From the NCBI GenBank assembly GCA_051877855.1, contig JBJEJH010000052.1:1041-65040 (forward strand): a stretch of 64,000 bases of DNA, written 5' to 3'. Positions 29,394-43,623 of the stretch are shown here, in pieces. Source of the DNA: Lachnospiraceae bacterium (lineage in GTDB: Bacteria > Bacillota > Clostridia > Lachnospirales > Lachnospiraceae). Each line of letters begins with the position of its first letter. The stretch's first letter is position 1. The translations under genes were made by a program, and so were the position numbers. The notes beneath the pieces were generated by a model. The model saw nothing but the letters and a program-made list of their open reading frames with translations. It made no database searches and was not told the origin of the DNA.

Positions 29394-31877
29394 TTACTCA
29401 ATCTTAAATGTACTGATGGTGTCAAGCAAATGTTCTGCCGTTGATGATAATTCCGTTGCCTCATCACTCAACTCCTCCACTGCCTGTAACTGCTTTTCTG
29501 AAGTTGCTGTAATTTCCTCAACCGTGGCTGCATTCTCCTCAGACACAGCAGAAATACTCTGAATAGAAACCAGAGTTATATTCTTAGCACTTTCAATATC
29601 CTCCATACCAAGCTGGATACTTCCGATATTATTGACAAGACCACCCACCTGATCTTCAATCCGGTTAAATACACTAACTGTATTCCTCAAGGATTCGCTC
29701 TGGGATTCAACGATCTCCTCAGCCCGATGTGCTATCGTAACCGTTTCCTTAGTCTTTTGTTCAATATCATCTACAATGAGCTTGATCTGATTAGCAGACT
29801 GTGAAGACTGCTCTGCCAGTTTGCGAATCTCATCCGCCACAACCGCGAATCCTCGGCCTGCCTCACCGGCTCTCGCCGCTTCGATGGAAGCATTCAGCGA
29901 AAGAAGATTGGTCTGATCTGCAATTTCGTTAATTGCATCAATGATAGAACCGATCTGCTTAGAAGCCTGATCCATAGATTCAATTCCGGTAATAATATCT
30001 GTAGTTACCTGAACCGTATCTCTTGCTTTCTCGTTTAACTCATCGATGGAAGTAAGTCCCTCCTTAACAACATCCTTTGCCTGTTGTGTTGCCGCAGACA
30101 TCTTTTCGGTATTATCCGCAACCATGGAAATCTTTTCTGCAAGAACATCCATCTGTCGGATACAATCATCCGAATCGGACGCCTGCTGGATAATACCCTG
30201 TTCCATACCGGTTATGGCATCGGTAATATTCCTTGATGCATCCAGTAAAATCTGTGCATTACCGGTTACACTTTCCGCACTGCCACTAACATCTCTCGAA
30301 ATATCCGCAGACTGTTCAATCATATTCTTGGTCTTTTCAATCATATTGTTAATACTGCCTGCAAGAACACGGAATTCATCTTTTCTGCGAACCTTTACCT
30401 GCGTAGTAAGGTCACCCTGTGCAACATCATTTAATTTCTTCATAATTACATGGATGGATGTATCGATTCCAAGAGAAAGAACACCACCGATTCCAATGGC
30501 AATGATTGCCGCCAAAATTACAACAATAATCGTTACCACAAGGATCTTCGATGCCTGTGCAGTAATGATGGACGCCGGCACAAGCGCACATACAACGAAA
30601 CCGGAATCCAGCTTCGAATATAAGAATAATTCTTTTCCATCATTTACATATGTATAACCATCATTCGTCTCTGTATCTGCGATAACCTCATCCAAAAATG
30701 CATTTCCGACGAAATAATTCTCGCCATCTTCAGAATTATTGATTTCTCCGCCATCCGGTGCAATCAAAGCAACCACGCTTCCCTCGCCAAGATCAAGATT
30801 CATAATTGGCTCCTGAATCATTTTCTTGTTAATATCCAGAATCAGATAACCACAAGGCTTGGTGGAATTCGAATAGAACTGTCTTTCCAACGATACGCCG
30901 TAATTACCTGAAACATTCTGATCCAGACACGGCCTGCTGGTCACCCACTGTAACCTATTCTCATCAATGGACTTAGCCTCATCCGAACCTGCGAAAACAT
31001 CATACATCTTCTCTTCCGTTACTTTACTGGTGAAGATTGCTTTACCGTAGTCACACATTACATAAATATTATCAATCATAGCATTACTGATTGTTATGGC
31101 CTGATAATATTTACTAATGGTGTTGTAAACATTCGCCTCATTGGTAATGTCTGCCTTATACATCTTCGAATAATAATTCTTAGCTTCTGCATTGCTGATC
31201 ATTTCCTTACTGCTGGTTTCCAGACTGGTAAACATCAAACGATAGTAATCCGCAGTCTTTACAATCGTCGAGGAGGTTGCTACCTCATAATTCTCAATAA
31301 TTGCCTTCGAAGCAGTCTGATAAGAAACCACACCAAGAGCGATGATCAGAAGCAGCGGAATAATGAATCCACCAATCAACCGGAACTTAATACTGTTAAT
31401 CTGCTTTACCTTAAACTCCTTGCGGGCTTCTAACACATCTTCCTTAAGTTCTTCTGCCTCAGCGATAACATTTTCTGCATTTTCACGGAAGGACTGTACA
31501 CTGTTCTCGATATTGTCTCTGATCTCCTGTGCAGTATCCTGTAAACGATCCTGCAGTGAATCCGTTCCGTTGTCCTGTGGTCCAGCCTCCGCAGAAGAAT
31601 CGATCGTTTCATCCACGAAAGAGTCTAAGGATATTTCTTCCTCAACGACATCGGATGATGTATTCGAATCCTCATCATGGAATATGTTCTCTTCTGTAAC
31701 CTCATCATCGGATACGTTTTCTTCTGTATCCCAACCATCCGGATACATCTGTTCCTGAAAAGTGACATTTTCTTCCCCGATAATCTCATTCACTGCATTG
31801 TCCTGATTTTCCACTGTATCAACATCATTCATTTTTTCATCCTGCGTCTCTACCGAAATTTCATTTTTATCTTCCAA
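29394..31877 (-). CDS. methyl-accepting chemotaxis protein with a long acidic N-terminal extension
   Basis: C-terminal MCP signalling domain ([34 protein letters not shown]), a HAMP region, a periplasmic Cache-like region between two TM segments, and about 165 acidic residues before TM1. The TTG start is uncertain. Confidence 0.85.
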   Translation of the reverse strand: MEDKNEISVETQDEKMNDVDTVENQDNAVNEIIGEENVTFQEQMYPDGWDTEENVSDDEVTEENIFHDEDSNTSSDVVEEEISLDSFVDETIDSSAEAGPQDNGTDSLQDRLQDTAQEIRDNIENSVQSFRENAENVIAEAEELKEDVLEARKEFKVKQINSIKFRLIGGFIIPLLLIIALGVVSYQTASKAIIENYEVATSSTIVKTADYYRLMFTSLETSSKEMISNAEAKNYYSKMYKADITNEANVYNTISKYYQAITISNAMIDNIYVMCDYGKAIFTSKVTEEKMYDVFAGSDEAKSIDENRLQWVTSRPCLDQNVSGNYGVSLERQFYSNSTKPCGYLILDINKKMIQEPIMNLDLGEGSVVALIAPDGGEINNSEDGENYFVGNAFLDEVIADTETNDGYTYVNDGKELFLYSKLDSGFVVCALVPASIITAQASKILVVTIIVVILAAIIAIGIGGVLSLGIDTSIHVIMKKLNDVAQGDLTTQVKVRRKDEFRVLAGSINNMIEKTKNMIEQSADISRDVSGSAESVTGNAQILLDASRNITDAITGMEQGIIQQASDSDDCIRQMDVLAEKISMVADNTEKMSAATQQAKDVVKEGLTSIDELNEKARDTVQVTTDIITGIESMDQASKQIGSIIDAINEIADQTNLLSLNASIEAARAGEAGRGFAVVADEIRKLAEQSSQSANQIKLIVDDIEQKTKETVTIAHRAEEIVESQSESLRNTVSVFNRIEDQVGGLVNNIGSIQLGMEDIESAKNITLVSIQSISAVSEENAATVEEITATSEKQLQAVEELSDEATELSSTAEHLLDTISTFKIE

Positions 31878-31948
31878 ATGTATCCATCTCCTTTTCCCCC
31901 AATCTATTTGTTAATATTTTACCATATTTTCCTATATTTCAGCAACAG

Positions 31949-31995
31949 AAAAAGTGCCAAAACAAAAATATTTCACATAATTTTTGTTTCAGCAC
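31949..31995 (-). terminator. intrinsic terminator after aspS
   Basis: Minus strand GUGCUGAAACAAAAAU ... AUUUUUGUUUUGGCAC followed by UUUUUCUG. Confidence 0.6.
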
Positions 31996-32060
31996 TTCAT
32001 CCTGATTTTATTGCGTTTGTTCACTGCCTCCCGGATCAAAATCCCGGCAAACCCGAGGCA

Positions 32061-33872
32061 TTATTCCTGCGTCTCATTTTTCTCCGGCTCATTTACAAGA
32101 ATGTCAATGGACAATTCCTTAAGCTGCTTTTCCTCTACCACATTCGGTGCTTCCGTCAACAGGCAGGATGCATCCTTTACCTTCGGGAATGCGATAACAT
32201 CACGAATACTATCACATTTTGCCATAAGCATAACCAGACGATCCAGACCATACGCAAGTCCTGCGTGAGGTGGTACACCATACTTAAATGCATCCAGAAG
32301 GAACCCGAACTTCTCCTTCGTTGCTTCCTCGGTAAGACCCAAAGCCTTAAACATTCTCTCCTGTACATCCGCCTGATGGATTCTCACACTACCACCACCG
32401 ATTTCCGTACCATTTAATACAATATCATAAGCCTTGGCACGTACTGCACCCGGATTGGTCTCTAACAGTTCAAGATCTTCATCCATCGGCATGGTAAACG
32501 GATGATGCATTGCAACAAAACGTTCTTCCTCATCCGACCACTCGAACTGAGGGAACTCTGTTACCCACAAGAAACGATATTCATTTTTATCAAGAAGGCC
32601 CTTCTGTCCTGCAAGTTCAAGACGAAGTGCGCCAAGCACATTCCATACAATCTTATTGCGGTCTGCGGCAAAAAGGAGAAGATCTCCCGGTTTACCATCC
32701 AGCGCCTTAACGATAGCATCTAACTCTTCCTCCGTCATAAACTTGGCAAAGGAGGACTTATAGGAACCGTCTTCTGCGATTGCAAGGTACGCAAGACCCT
32801 TTGCACCGTAACCCTTTGCAAAATCTACTAAAGCATCAATCTTCTTACGTGGCATATCACCCATTCCATCGGCGTTGATACCACGAACCGAACCACCATT
32901 TTCGATTGCTCCGGTAAATACACTGAATCCACAATCCTTAACAATCTGTGTAATATCCTTTAATTCCATTCCAAAACGAAGATCCGGCTTGTCTGAACCA
33001 AAACGGTCCATAGCTTCCTGCCATGTCATTCTCTGAATCGGAAGCGGTACTTCCACGCCGAGAACTTCCTTGAACAGGTGTGCCAGAAGTCTTTCATTTA
33101 CATCAATAACATCATCCACATCAACGAAAGATAACTCCATATCGATCTGCGTAAATTCCGGCTGACGATCTGCCCTGAGATCCTCATCACGGAAACATCT
33201 TGCAATCTGCATATAGCGGTCATATCCGGAGCACATCAGCATCTGCTTAAAGAGCTGTGGTGACTGTGGTAGTGCATAGAACTTACCCGGGTGTACACGG
33301 CTTGGCACAAGATAATCGCGGGCACCCTCCGGTGTACTCTTTGTCAGCATCGGTGTCTCGATTTCAAGAAAACCTTCCGCCGCAAGAAATGCTCTTGTCA
33401 GCGTAGCTACCTTACTTCTCATAATAATATTAGACTGAAGATCCGGTCTTCGAAGATCCAGGCAACGATACTTGAGACGAAGTTCTTCCTTGGTATTAAT
33501 ATTCTCCTCAATCGGAAACGGAGGTGTCTGGGACTCTGAGAGCACACGAATGCTCTTTGCAATCACTTCGATTTCACCCGTAACAAGGGTTTCATTCACT
33601 GCACCGCTTCTTTCTTCCACCTTACCGGTAACGGCAACAACGAATTCTCTGCCAAGCTTTGCAGCCTTCTCAAATCCTTCACTGCCAATCTTATCTTCCT
33701 CAAAAATAATCTGTAAAATTCCGGAACGGTCTCTAAGATCTAAGAAGATAATTCCTCCCTTGTTACGATTCTTGGCAACCCATCCCATCACGGTTACTTC
33801 TCTGCCAATATCTGCCTTAGAAAGTTCTGCACACCGGCATGTTCTCTTTAAGCCCTTCATTGACTCTGCCAT
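32061..33872 (-). CDS. aspS: aspartate--tRNA ligase
   Basis: 603 aa with class IIb motifs (FRDEDLRADRQPEFTQID, GGGSVRIH, GLDRLVM). Confidence 0.95.
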   Translation of the reverse strand: MAESMKGLKRTCRCAELSKADIGREVTVMGWVAKNRNKGGIIFLDLRDRSGILQIIFEEDKIGSEGFEKAAKLGREFVVAVTGKVEERSGAVNETLVTGEIEVIAKSIRVLSESQTPPFPIEENINTKEELRLKYRCLDLRRPDLQSNIIMRSKVATLTRAFLAAEGFLEIETPMLTKSTPEGARDYLVPSRVHPGKFYALPQSPQLFKQMLMCSGYDRYMQIARCFRDEDLRADRQPEFTQIDMELSFVDVDDVIDVNERLLAHLFKEVLGVEVPLPIQRMTWQEAMDRFGSDKPDLRFGMELKDITQIVKDCGFSVFTGAIENGGSVRGINADGMGDMPRKKIDALVDFAKGYGAKGLAYLAIAEDGSYKSSFAKFMTEEELDAIVKALDGKPGDLLLFAADRNKIVWNVLGALRLELAGQKGLLDKNEYRFLWVTEFPQFEWSDEEERFVAMHHPFTMPMDEDLELLETNPGAVRAKAYDIVLNGTEIGGGSVRIHQADVQERMFKALGLTEEATKEKFGFLLDAFKYGVPPHAGLAYGLDRLVMLMAKCDSIRDVIAFPKVKDASCLLTEAPNVVEEKQLKELSIDILVNEPEKNETQE

Positions 33873-33885
33873 TTTTCATTTCCTC

Positions 33886-34497
33886 CTACATGTCACAATT
33901 AATTAAATTCTCTATTCCATCAAAAATCAAACTGCTGTTCTGAATGGTTTCAAGAGTTGAATCCTCATGAATCACCCGTTGAAAAGCAATAAAGACTTCC
34001 ATGTCATAATTCTTCACTTCATCGATCATGATTTCCACGGCACTTTCGATGGAGAACGCCTTACGATATGGTCGGTCCGAGATCAATGCAGCAAATGCAT
34101 CTGCTACCTTCAATACTCGGGCTCCCAAAGGAATATCCTCCCCTTTAAGATTATCCGGATATCCGGAACCATCGTAACACTCATGATGATGCAGCACGAT
34201 ATTCAATACATTTGTAGAAAAACCATAATGCTTTAAAATATCGAAACTCAGTTTGGAATGCATACGCATGTATTTCATTTCTTCCACCGCCATGGAGCCT
34301 TCATGACGTCCGTAAAGGTATCTCGTCAGCTCCAGCTTGCCGATATCATGAACAAATCCTGCCAATGCCATATCATAGGCAGCCTTTTCATCAATATTCA
34401 TTTCCATGGCAATCAGATAAGTCAGGTTACTTACCACAATCCCGTGATTCAATCCACTTTTCAAATCGCTTAAAATCGTGCTATCCAAATACCTCAT
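33886..34497 (-). CDS. HD-GYP domain protein
   Basis: HDIGK and HHHECYDGSGYP motifs. Only 13 nt upstream of aspS. Confidence 0.85.
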   Translation of the reverse strand: MRYLDSTILSDLKSGLNHGIVVSNLTYLIAMEMNIDEKAAYDMALAGFVHDIGKLELTRYLYGRHEGSMAVEEMKYMRMHSKLSFDILKHYGFSTNVLNIVLHHHECYDGSGYPDNLKGEDIPLGARVLKVADAFAALISDRPYRKAFSIESAVEIMIDEVKNYDMEVFIAFQRVIHEDSTLETIQNSSLIFDGIENLINCDM

Positions 34498-34602
34498 ATC
34501 GACATCCCATCCTCAAAATAATAAAACAAACACCAAAGACTATTATATTTTTGTCCCGGGCTAATGTCAATAAGCAGAGCAAACTACTTTCCACCGGACA
34601 GA

Positions 34603-35568
34603 CTACTTCCCATACATTTGCATAAAATGATACATGGCACCAATCAGGTTCGAGTCGTTTAAAAATTTACATGGTTTTATGGTTATTCCCCTGAACACGA
34701 TGGTTAATTTCTTCAACTGATCCACGTAACGCTGAATTCCCTGAATAAATCGCGGTTCTGCGCTGATGCCGCCGCCAATCAGAATCACCTGAGGGTCAAA
34801 GGCAGCCTGCATATTACAACACTCCTTGGCAATATTAAAATACAGATCCTCAAGGATGTTCATAACACTTTCATCCCCCTCATCCACCCATCGGTAAATC
34901 ATCTCACCATTCACCTTGGAATAAGGAATTCCCTTAAGATGTGCCACCTGATTACACAATGCTGCCACGGCAATCCTGGAACTTGCAATAAAGGGAACAT
35001 GATCAATGTATTCTTCAATCGGAATATCACGCCCTTCCGCCTGCATAATGTTAGGTATATCCCGCCGTTTCATATCGCTTAAGAAAAATGAAAATTCTCC
35101 TGCGGACAAATGCTTTCCACGATGAATCCGACGATTCTTAACTACGGCACCTCCCACTCCGGTACCAAAAACAAATAAAATGGCATCCTCACAGTCACTG
35201 GCATTGCCCTTCCACACTTCAGCAAGTGCTGCACATTTCGCATCATTTTCTAAGGACACCGGAAGATGATCACATCGCTTAGAAATTCTTTCCCCCAGAT
35301 GAACCTGATCCAGATAAACCAGGTTGCCACCTCCGTAGACGATACCATTATCCACATCAATCTGACCCGGAAGCGACATTGCAATACCCTGAATGTGATC
35401 CGTTTTCTTATATTTATCATAGATTCTGCCGATCAGTTCTACGAATTCTCCCGAATCGGTCCCCGGCTTACAGGGTGTAGGAAGCTTGCCTTTCTCACCC
35501 ATGGTTCCCTCTTTGTCCATCAAAGTGTACTTTATATAGGTTCCACCCACATCAATCACAAGATACAT
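34603..35568 (-). CDS. ROK-family sugar kinase or regulator-like protein
   Basis: MYLVIDVGGTYIKY..., ENDAKCAALAE and GTGVGGAVV motifs. Confidence 0.8.
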   Translation of the reverse strand: MYLVIDVGGTYIKYTLMDKEGTMGEKGKLPTPCKPGTDSGEFVELIGRIYDKYKKTDHIQGIAMSLPGQIDVDNGIVYGGGNLVYLDQVHLGERISKRCDHLPVSLENDAKCAALAEVWKGNASDCEDAILFVFGTGVGGAVVKNRRIHRGKHLSAGEFSFFLSDMKRRDIPNIMQAEGRDIPIEEYIDHVPFIASSRIAVAALCNQVAHLKGIPYSKVNGEMIYRWVDEGDESVMNILEDLYFNIAKECCNMQAAFDPQVILIGGGISAEPRFIQGIQRYVDQLKKLTIVFRGITIKPCKFLNDSNLIGAMYHFMQMYGK

Positions 35569-35579
35569 AAGCTTCTCCT

Positions 35580-38203
<2,624 letters not shown>

Positions 38204-38242
38204 ATGAATTCCTCCTAAAGAATACGTCTATATTGCAATATT

Positions 38243-39691
38243 TTATTCTGCCAACTTCTTCAAAGCAGCAACCAGAAGTTCCCAGGTTCTTTGCGTGGAG
38301 GCTATGTGTAAGCGTTCCCTAGGCGTATGAATATCCGTAAGGTCCGGTCCAAAGGATATACAATCAAGATCCGGCATCTTACCCGATAGAATTCCACACT
38401 CAAGTCCGGCGTGAAGTGCCTCGATTGCCGGTTCTTCACCATACAACTCGCGAAATGCCTCACTCATCTTATCGCGAAGTGGCGAATTCGGACGATATTC
38501 CCATGCGGAATAGTTACTGTTAACCGTAACATTTCCTCCCAGGCACTCGCAGATTAATGTAACCTTTTCAAGTAATTCTCGTTTCTGGGAATTCACGCTG
38601 GAACGAAGCATCATGGAACAGACAACATCCTTATCCTCCATATACACTCTTCCAAGATTCAGCGAAGTCTGCACAAGGCCCGGTACATCCGCACTCATAT
38701 TCTGAACTCCATTGGGAACACAGAACAGGAATCCGATACTTCTCTTGGTGCTATCCGCATCCATTGGGATCATCTGATTCTTCACTTTACGCATACCAAT
38801 CCTGATCCCACCATCCGAGGTTTGATATTCCTTACGAATCTCAACTTCAAGCTGTGCCAATAGTTCATTCATTTTATCCGCATCATTGGTAGCAACAATC
38901 GCCTGGGCACTTCTTGGTATGGCATTATCTTTCGCTCCCCCGGTGATGCTTACAATACGAAATGTAACATCATTACTTAATTCATGTAAAATTCGTCCAA
39001 GCTGTACATTGGCATTGGCACGGCACATATGGATTTCCTCACCTGAATGACCTCCGATCAGTCCCTCTATATATACCTCCACATGCTCACCCTGAAAGCT
39101 TTCCCGGTGAATCGGAATTCGACAGAGAATTCTTGCAGAACCGGCACAACTAACGGTTAGTACCTTTTCCTTTTCAGAATCAATATTAAGCATATAGCTT
39201 GCTTTCAAATCCTTAACATCTAATTCTCCGGCACCAATTAATCCAATCTCCTCATCTACGGTAAAGAGACATTCCAAAGGACCATGAACCATCGAATCAT
39301 CCTCCAAAACAGCCAGTGCCATAGCAACCGCAATTCCATCGTCACCACCCAGGGTTGTACCACGAGCGCCAATTCGATCTCCCTCGACAAAGAGATCCAG
39401 TCCTTCATTACTCATATCCTTGGCACAGTCGTCATCCTTCTCACAAACCATGTCCATATGTCCCTGAATCATTACCGTAGGAGCATTTTCACATCCTACA
39501 GAGGCCTTTTTCCATATGATTACATTATTCGAATCATCCTGTCGATACTTTAAGCCTTTGTTTTTTGCAAAAGCAACCAGATAATCACTGATTGCTCTGG
39601 TCTCTCCGGAACCATGTGGAATACTGCAGATTTCCTCAAAATACTTAAATACATTTTCCGGTTTCAATCCTTTTAATACATTCATCTCCAT
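38243..39691 (-). CDS. pepD: aminoacyl-histidine dipeptidase (M20 family)
   Basis: FEEICSIPHGSG, QGHMDMV and GGDDGIAVA motifs. Start at the ATG at 39691 after AAGGAGGG. Confidence 0.85.
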   Translation of the reverse strand: MEMNVLKGLKPENVFKYFEEICSIPHGSGETRAISDYLVAFAKNKGLKYRQDDSNNVIIWKKASVGCENAPTVMIQGHMDMVCEKDDDCAKDMSNEGLDLFVEGDRIGARGTTLGGDDGIAVAMALAVLEDDSMVHGPLECLFTVDEEIGLIGAGELDVKDLKASYMLNIDSEKEKVLTVSCAGSARILCRIPIHRESFQGEHVEVYIEGLIGGHSGEEIHMCRANANVQLGRILHELSNDVTFRIVSITGGAKDNAIPRSAQAIVATNDADKMNELLAQLEVEIRKEYQTSDGGIRIGMRKVKNQMIPMDADSTKRSIGFLFCVPNGVQNMSADVPGLVQTSLNLGRVYMEDKDVVCSMMLRSSVNSQKRELLEKVTLICECLGGNVTVNSNYSAWEYRPNSPLRDKMSEAFRELYGEEPAIEALHAGLECGILSGKMPDLDCISFGPDLTDIHTPRERLHIASTQRTWELLVAALKKLAE

Positions 39692-39771
39692 CTTATACAA
39701 CCCTCCTTAATAAGGCAAAAGCCCATGCAGACCGTATCAAACCGCCTGCACAGGCATTATATTTCATACTG

Positions 39772-40950
39772 CTATAAAAGGGCGAGTGCCTGCATGATAT
39801 GAGCACAAAGAATGGCAACCGGAGTACCGATGACATAGCCAACAAGTGCCATTAAGATGCCGACAGGTACAAGTGCACCCGAGTAGGAACCCGCAAGTAC
39901 AGGAGCTGAAGCCGTACCACCGATATTTGCAAGGGATGCAACACCGGCAGTAAACATATCAAGCTTTATGATCTTACAAATAATAAGCATCAATACGGTA
40001 TGGATCGCTAATACGATAAAGCCTGTAATAATCCATGCCGGAGCATCGGCAAGTTCCAAAAGGCTTGCACGGGAAGCCAAAAGAGCGATTACGGTGTAAA
40101 GTAAGAGGTTCGATACTTCTGCAGAACCTGCAACCTTACCCAGCGGTGTCACCGCTGCAATCAGTGAAATCGCAGTTACAAGCAATACAATCCAGGTCGC
40201 CTTGTCCGAAAATCCCGTAATACTGTAAAGCTTGGAACCAAGATTCGTAGCGACAGCACTGACAAGAAGGGATGTACCGATAAGAAGGATTAATCCCTGG
40301 AAGGTAATTGGCTTTACGTTCTGCTTTGACTCTTCTTCAAGACGAGCAGATACAGAATCAAGGGCTGTTGTATCTGCCTTAGTCCACTTGTTGAACTTCG
40401 GCGCCAGCTGAATTGCCCAAAGAAGGAACATTACCCATAAAGAGTAATCAATGGAATCGATAACAAGTGCATATCCCATATCTGCTTCACTGATATTCAA
40501 TGCTGTCTGAACCGCAACCATGTTACCGCTGCCACCAATCCAGGAGCCACAGAGAGCGCCAAGTCCCATCCATGCATCGTTACCGATCACACCTTTCATA
40601 ATAAGGAATGCGCCAATAAATCCAATCACAATTGTTAAAGTTGCAGACAACACCCCAATAAGCATCTTTGGTCCAAGCTTAATTACCTTTCTGATATCAC
40701 AACGAAGTAACATCGCAAATATCATTGCATATGTAAGATTATTTTTTAATGCACTGTAAGCGGGCTTTGTCTCAGCCATATCCCAGACATTAAGGGTACA
40801 TAAAAGCATTGCTAATAAATAGCAAAGAACTACTGCAGGAATGAACTTAAAGAACTTCGCTGCCACACCTTTGGATGTTTTCTCCAAAGTAACCAGTACC
40901 GCCGCCATAAATACAAGGACAGCGATGTAAGTAAAACCGTTTGTGATCAT
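39772..40950 (-). CDS. DUF819-family integral membrane protein
   Basis: Polytopic membrane protein of about 390 aa. Family assigned from general resemblance only. Confidence 0.55.
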   Translation of the reverse strand: MITNGFTYIAVLVFMAAVLVTLEKTSKGVAAKFFKFIPAVVLCYLLAMLLCTLNVWDMAETKPAYSALKNNLTYAMIFAMLLRCDIRKVIKLGPKMLIGVLSATLTIVIGFIGAFLIMKGVIGNDAWMGLGALCGSWIGGSGNMVAVQTALNISEADMGYALVIDSIDYSLWVMFLLWAIQLAPKFNKWTKADTTALDSVSARLEEESKQNVKPITFQGLILLIGTSLLVSAVATNLGSKLYSITGFSDKATWIVLLVTAISLIAAVTPLGKVAGSAEVSNLLLYTVIALLASRASLLELADAPAWIITGFIVLAIHTVLMLIICKIIKLDMFTAGVASLANIGGTASAPVLAGSYSGALVPVGILMALVGYVIGTPVAILCAHIMQALALL

Positions 40951-41012
40951 ATAGGTTCCTCCAATCATTTGTATTAAATTCTATACATTATTTTAACCTT
41001 AAAGCACCCTTT

Positions 41013-42485
41013 TTAGCAAGAGAAAAACTTCCGTTTCCGGTCAATCATTTCATCAATGCGCTCAATGTAATTCTTTACATCCTTCACATTCTCGACACGC
41101 TCAATTCGGTTTTCCTTGGGGAATACAATTTTCGTTGAGGCTCCGGCACCACACGCAACGATGGTCTGCACTTCCTCCATAATCAGAATGTTATATAATC
41201 CCTCCATTCCCTCTTTCGCATATCCCACGTTCTCGAAGTTTCCGGCCATATTCTTCTGACGGTACAGATAATATGGATGAAGCCCCATATTTCTTGCGTA
41301 TTCGGCCGTCATAGTAATGATTTCATCGGTATTTAAGATCTGTTCCTTGAACTTATCCTTCCAGAGATTCAAGGCTGCCGCACGCTTAATAGCCAGGGAA
41401 TGTACGGTAAGATTCTCCGGTGCGAGCTTTCGTACTTCCTCCATTGTGTAACGCACATCTTCCATGGATTCCCCCGGAAGACCTACAATTAAGTCCATAT
41501 TGATATTGTCAAATCCACAATCTCTTGCCATATGAAAGGCATCCACCACCTGCTCCACCGTGTGACGACGCCCGATCAGATCCAGCGTCTTTTGATTCAT
41601 CGTCTGTGGATTAATGGATATTCGGGACACCTTGTGTTTCTTTAAAGTCTCCAATTTCTCCCGTGTTACGCTGTCCGGGCGTCCTGCTTCCACCGTAAGT
41701 TCCTTCACATGAGACAAATCAAAATGTGTCTCAAGGAAACGAAGAATACGATCCAGCTGCTCCGGTTCTAACGTGGTTGGTGTTCCGCCACCAAAATACA
41801 CCGTATCAAGAACCTTTCCCTGATACTGTTTTGCCACATACGTAAGCTCGCGAATTAACGCATCCACGTAGGCATCCGTCTTCGTTCTCCACATCCCAAT
41901 AGGATAAGAAGTAAAGGAACAATAAAGACAAGTGGTTGGACAAAAGGGTACCCCGACATACAGACTATAACCATTCTGATAATCGAGCTTCTTAAGCAAT
42001 GCCTTTTCCCGCTTTGCCACATCCAATGAAAGATCCATCTTGGCAGGACTCACAAAATACTTTTCCGAGAGAAAATGACGTATCGAAGTCTCGTCATCTC
42101 CCTCCTCCAGCCGGCTCATGACAATCTTCGTCGGTCGGACTCCTGTAAGACTCCCCCATGGAAGATCCTTCTTCGTCTCCTTATGTAACGCCTGATACAA
42201 TGCTGTCTTCAGCGCATCATAAATACACTTCTTTGTCTCTTCCTCGATACAGATTCTCGTTTCTTCTCCCCCGATTAAAACCGATGCCCATTCCTTAGAG
42301 ACGACAACCTCCACCACGACATCCGCCTGTGACTCATTAGTGGACTGTTCTTCCTTCTCCTCGGTCACACCTTCCGCATCCTCCGGTTTCATGCATACAC
42401 GAACCTCATGAAAGGGATAGAATGCCTTAATCAGCACCTTTGCCTCATCACAATATGTATCATCATTGATATTTAACAATATCAT
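41013..42485 (-). CDS. HemZ-like radical SAM protein (oxygen-independent coproporphyrinogen oxidase family)
   Basis: VGVPFCPTTCLYCSF (CxxxCxxC) and GGGTPT motifs. About 490 aa with an N-terminal extension. Confidence 0.8.
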   Translation of the reverse strand: MILLNINDDTYCDEAKVLIKAFYPFHEVRVCMKPEDAEGVTEEKEEQSTNESQADVVVEVVVSKEWASVLIGGEETRICIEEETKKCIYDALKTALYQALHKETKKDLPWGSLTGVRPTKIVMSRLEEGDDETSIRHFLSEKYFVSPAKMDLSLDVAKREKALLKKLDYQNGYSLYVGVPFCPTTCLYCSFTSYPIGMWRTKTDAYVDALIRELTYVAKQYQGKVLDTVYFGGGTPTTLEPEQLDRILRFLETHFDLSHVKELTVEAGRPDSVTREKLETLKKHKVSRISINPQTMNQKTLDLIGRRHTVEQVVDAFHMARDCGFDNINMDLIVGLPGESMEDVRYTMEEVRKLAPENLTVHSLAIKRAAALNLWKDKFKEQILNTDEIITMTAEYARNMGLHPYYLYRQKNMAGNFENVGYAKEGMEGLYNILIMEEVQTIVACGAGASTKIVFPKENRIERVENVKDVKNYIERIDEMIDRKRKFFSC

Positions 42486-43556
42486 TTATGCTTTCCTCTT
42501 ACTTTCCAATACCTTATATAAAACCGTTGCCACACCCAACGCCACGATAAATCCAACAATCACATAGATCCCATAAGCAGGAGCAAATGGCACACCGATA
42601 CTTTCAACCAGCCATACTACCAGCCCGCGAGTTGCCGCAAGTACAGTCCAATGGGTCAGATAGAAATAATATGAGATATTCCCCATAAACACTACCGCTT
42701 TTCTTTTCAGGAACGTAAATGCCTCCGGCTTTATAAGGATCATTCCGCATAAAATCATGCAACCAACGGAAGAAACCGGGAAAATAATATCCTCACTCAC
42801 TCCCCCGATGGTATAATTTCTACCCAGCGCAATGAGGCAGACAGAAACTACCACACCAAGATAAATACACCAATTTTTCCACTTTCTGATTCCATCAAGC
42901 CAATGTTCATTCACGCTGTGATGCAGTATGCCTCCCAGTACAAATGCCGGTACCCAGTGAAACAAAGAGATCCCCACAATCGTATTCAGAACATAGCATA
43001 CCAGTACCACAAACAAAAAATAACTCGCCGTACAGGATTTCTTCTTAAAAATCGGCAAATAATATAATGGCAGATAAAAAAACGGCAGCAAAAATACCAT
43101 ACGCATCTCGATGATCATCGTCCACACCGGTGGGTCCACACAGCCTGCATCCGTATGTTTAACTACCATGAGCATCTGAATGATAAAATCCTTTACAGTA
43201 AAATGCTGGCTCCAGGAGGTAGCCAGAGTCACACCAAAATAAGGATCGTACTTTTCGCTGTATCCAATGATGAGCATACCTGCCAGACCGAAAAACAGTC
43301 CAAACCAATAAGCAGGATAGATTCTCTTGATTTTATTCCAGATTCCCTTCACCGTTTTCTGAATTGAAAAAGGTGCCCGGAATGCAAAGTATCCGGACAG
43401 GAAAAAGAACATCATAACCGCTGCGCTTCCGCTAAAAAACACGCCAAAGGGAGTATGTTCCAACACATTTACAATTCCGGCATAGTAAATTACATGGGAT
43501 ACAAATACAATAAATGCTGCTATCCCCCTTAATCCCTGTATCTCTTGATTCTTCAT
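42486..43556 (-). CDS. acyltransferase family 3 membrane protein
   Basis: IQGLRGIAAFIVFVSH and FFFLSGY motifs; about 10 TM helices. Confidence 0.8.
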   Translation of the reverse strand: MKNQEIQGLRGIAAFIVFVSHVIYYAGIVNVLEHTPFGVFFSGSAAVMMFFFLSGYFAFRAPFSIQKTVKGIWNKIKRIYPAYWFGLFFGLAGMLIIGYSEKYDPYFGVTLATSWSQHFTVKDFIIQMLMVVKHTDAGCVDPPVWTMIIEMRMVFLLPFFYLPLYYLPIFKKKSCTASYFLFVVLVCYVLNTIVGISLFHWVPAFVLGGILHHSVNEHWLDGIRKWKNWCIYLGVVVSVCLIALGRNYTIGGVSEDIIFPVSSVGCMILCGMILIKPEAFTFLKRKAVVFMGNISYYFYLTHWTVLAATRGLVVWLVESIGVPFAPAYGIYVIVGFIVALGVATVLYKVLESKRKA

Positions 43557-43623
43557 TTTATCTCCTGTATGTTCGTCAAAATACTATTCATCCGAACATC
43601 ATATCATTCTTATAACAATTGAA

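Noticed and set aside
31677-32417. 246-aa ORF on the plus strand.
   Set aside because: It runs antisense through the chemoreceptor 5' end, the intergenic terminators and the aspS 3' end. The sequence is low-complexity and rich in F, I and L, with no RBS.
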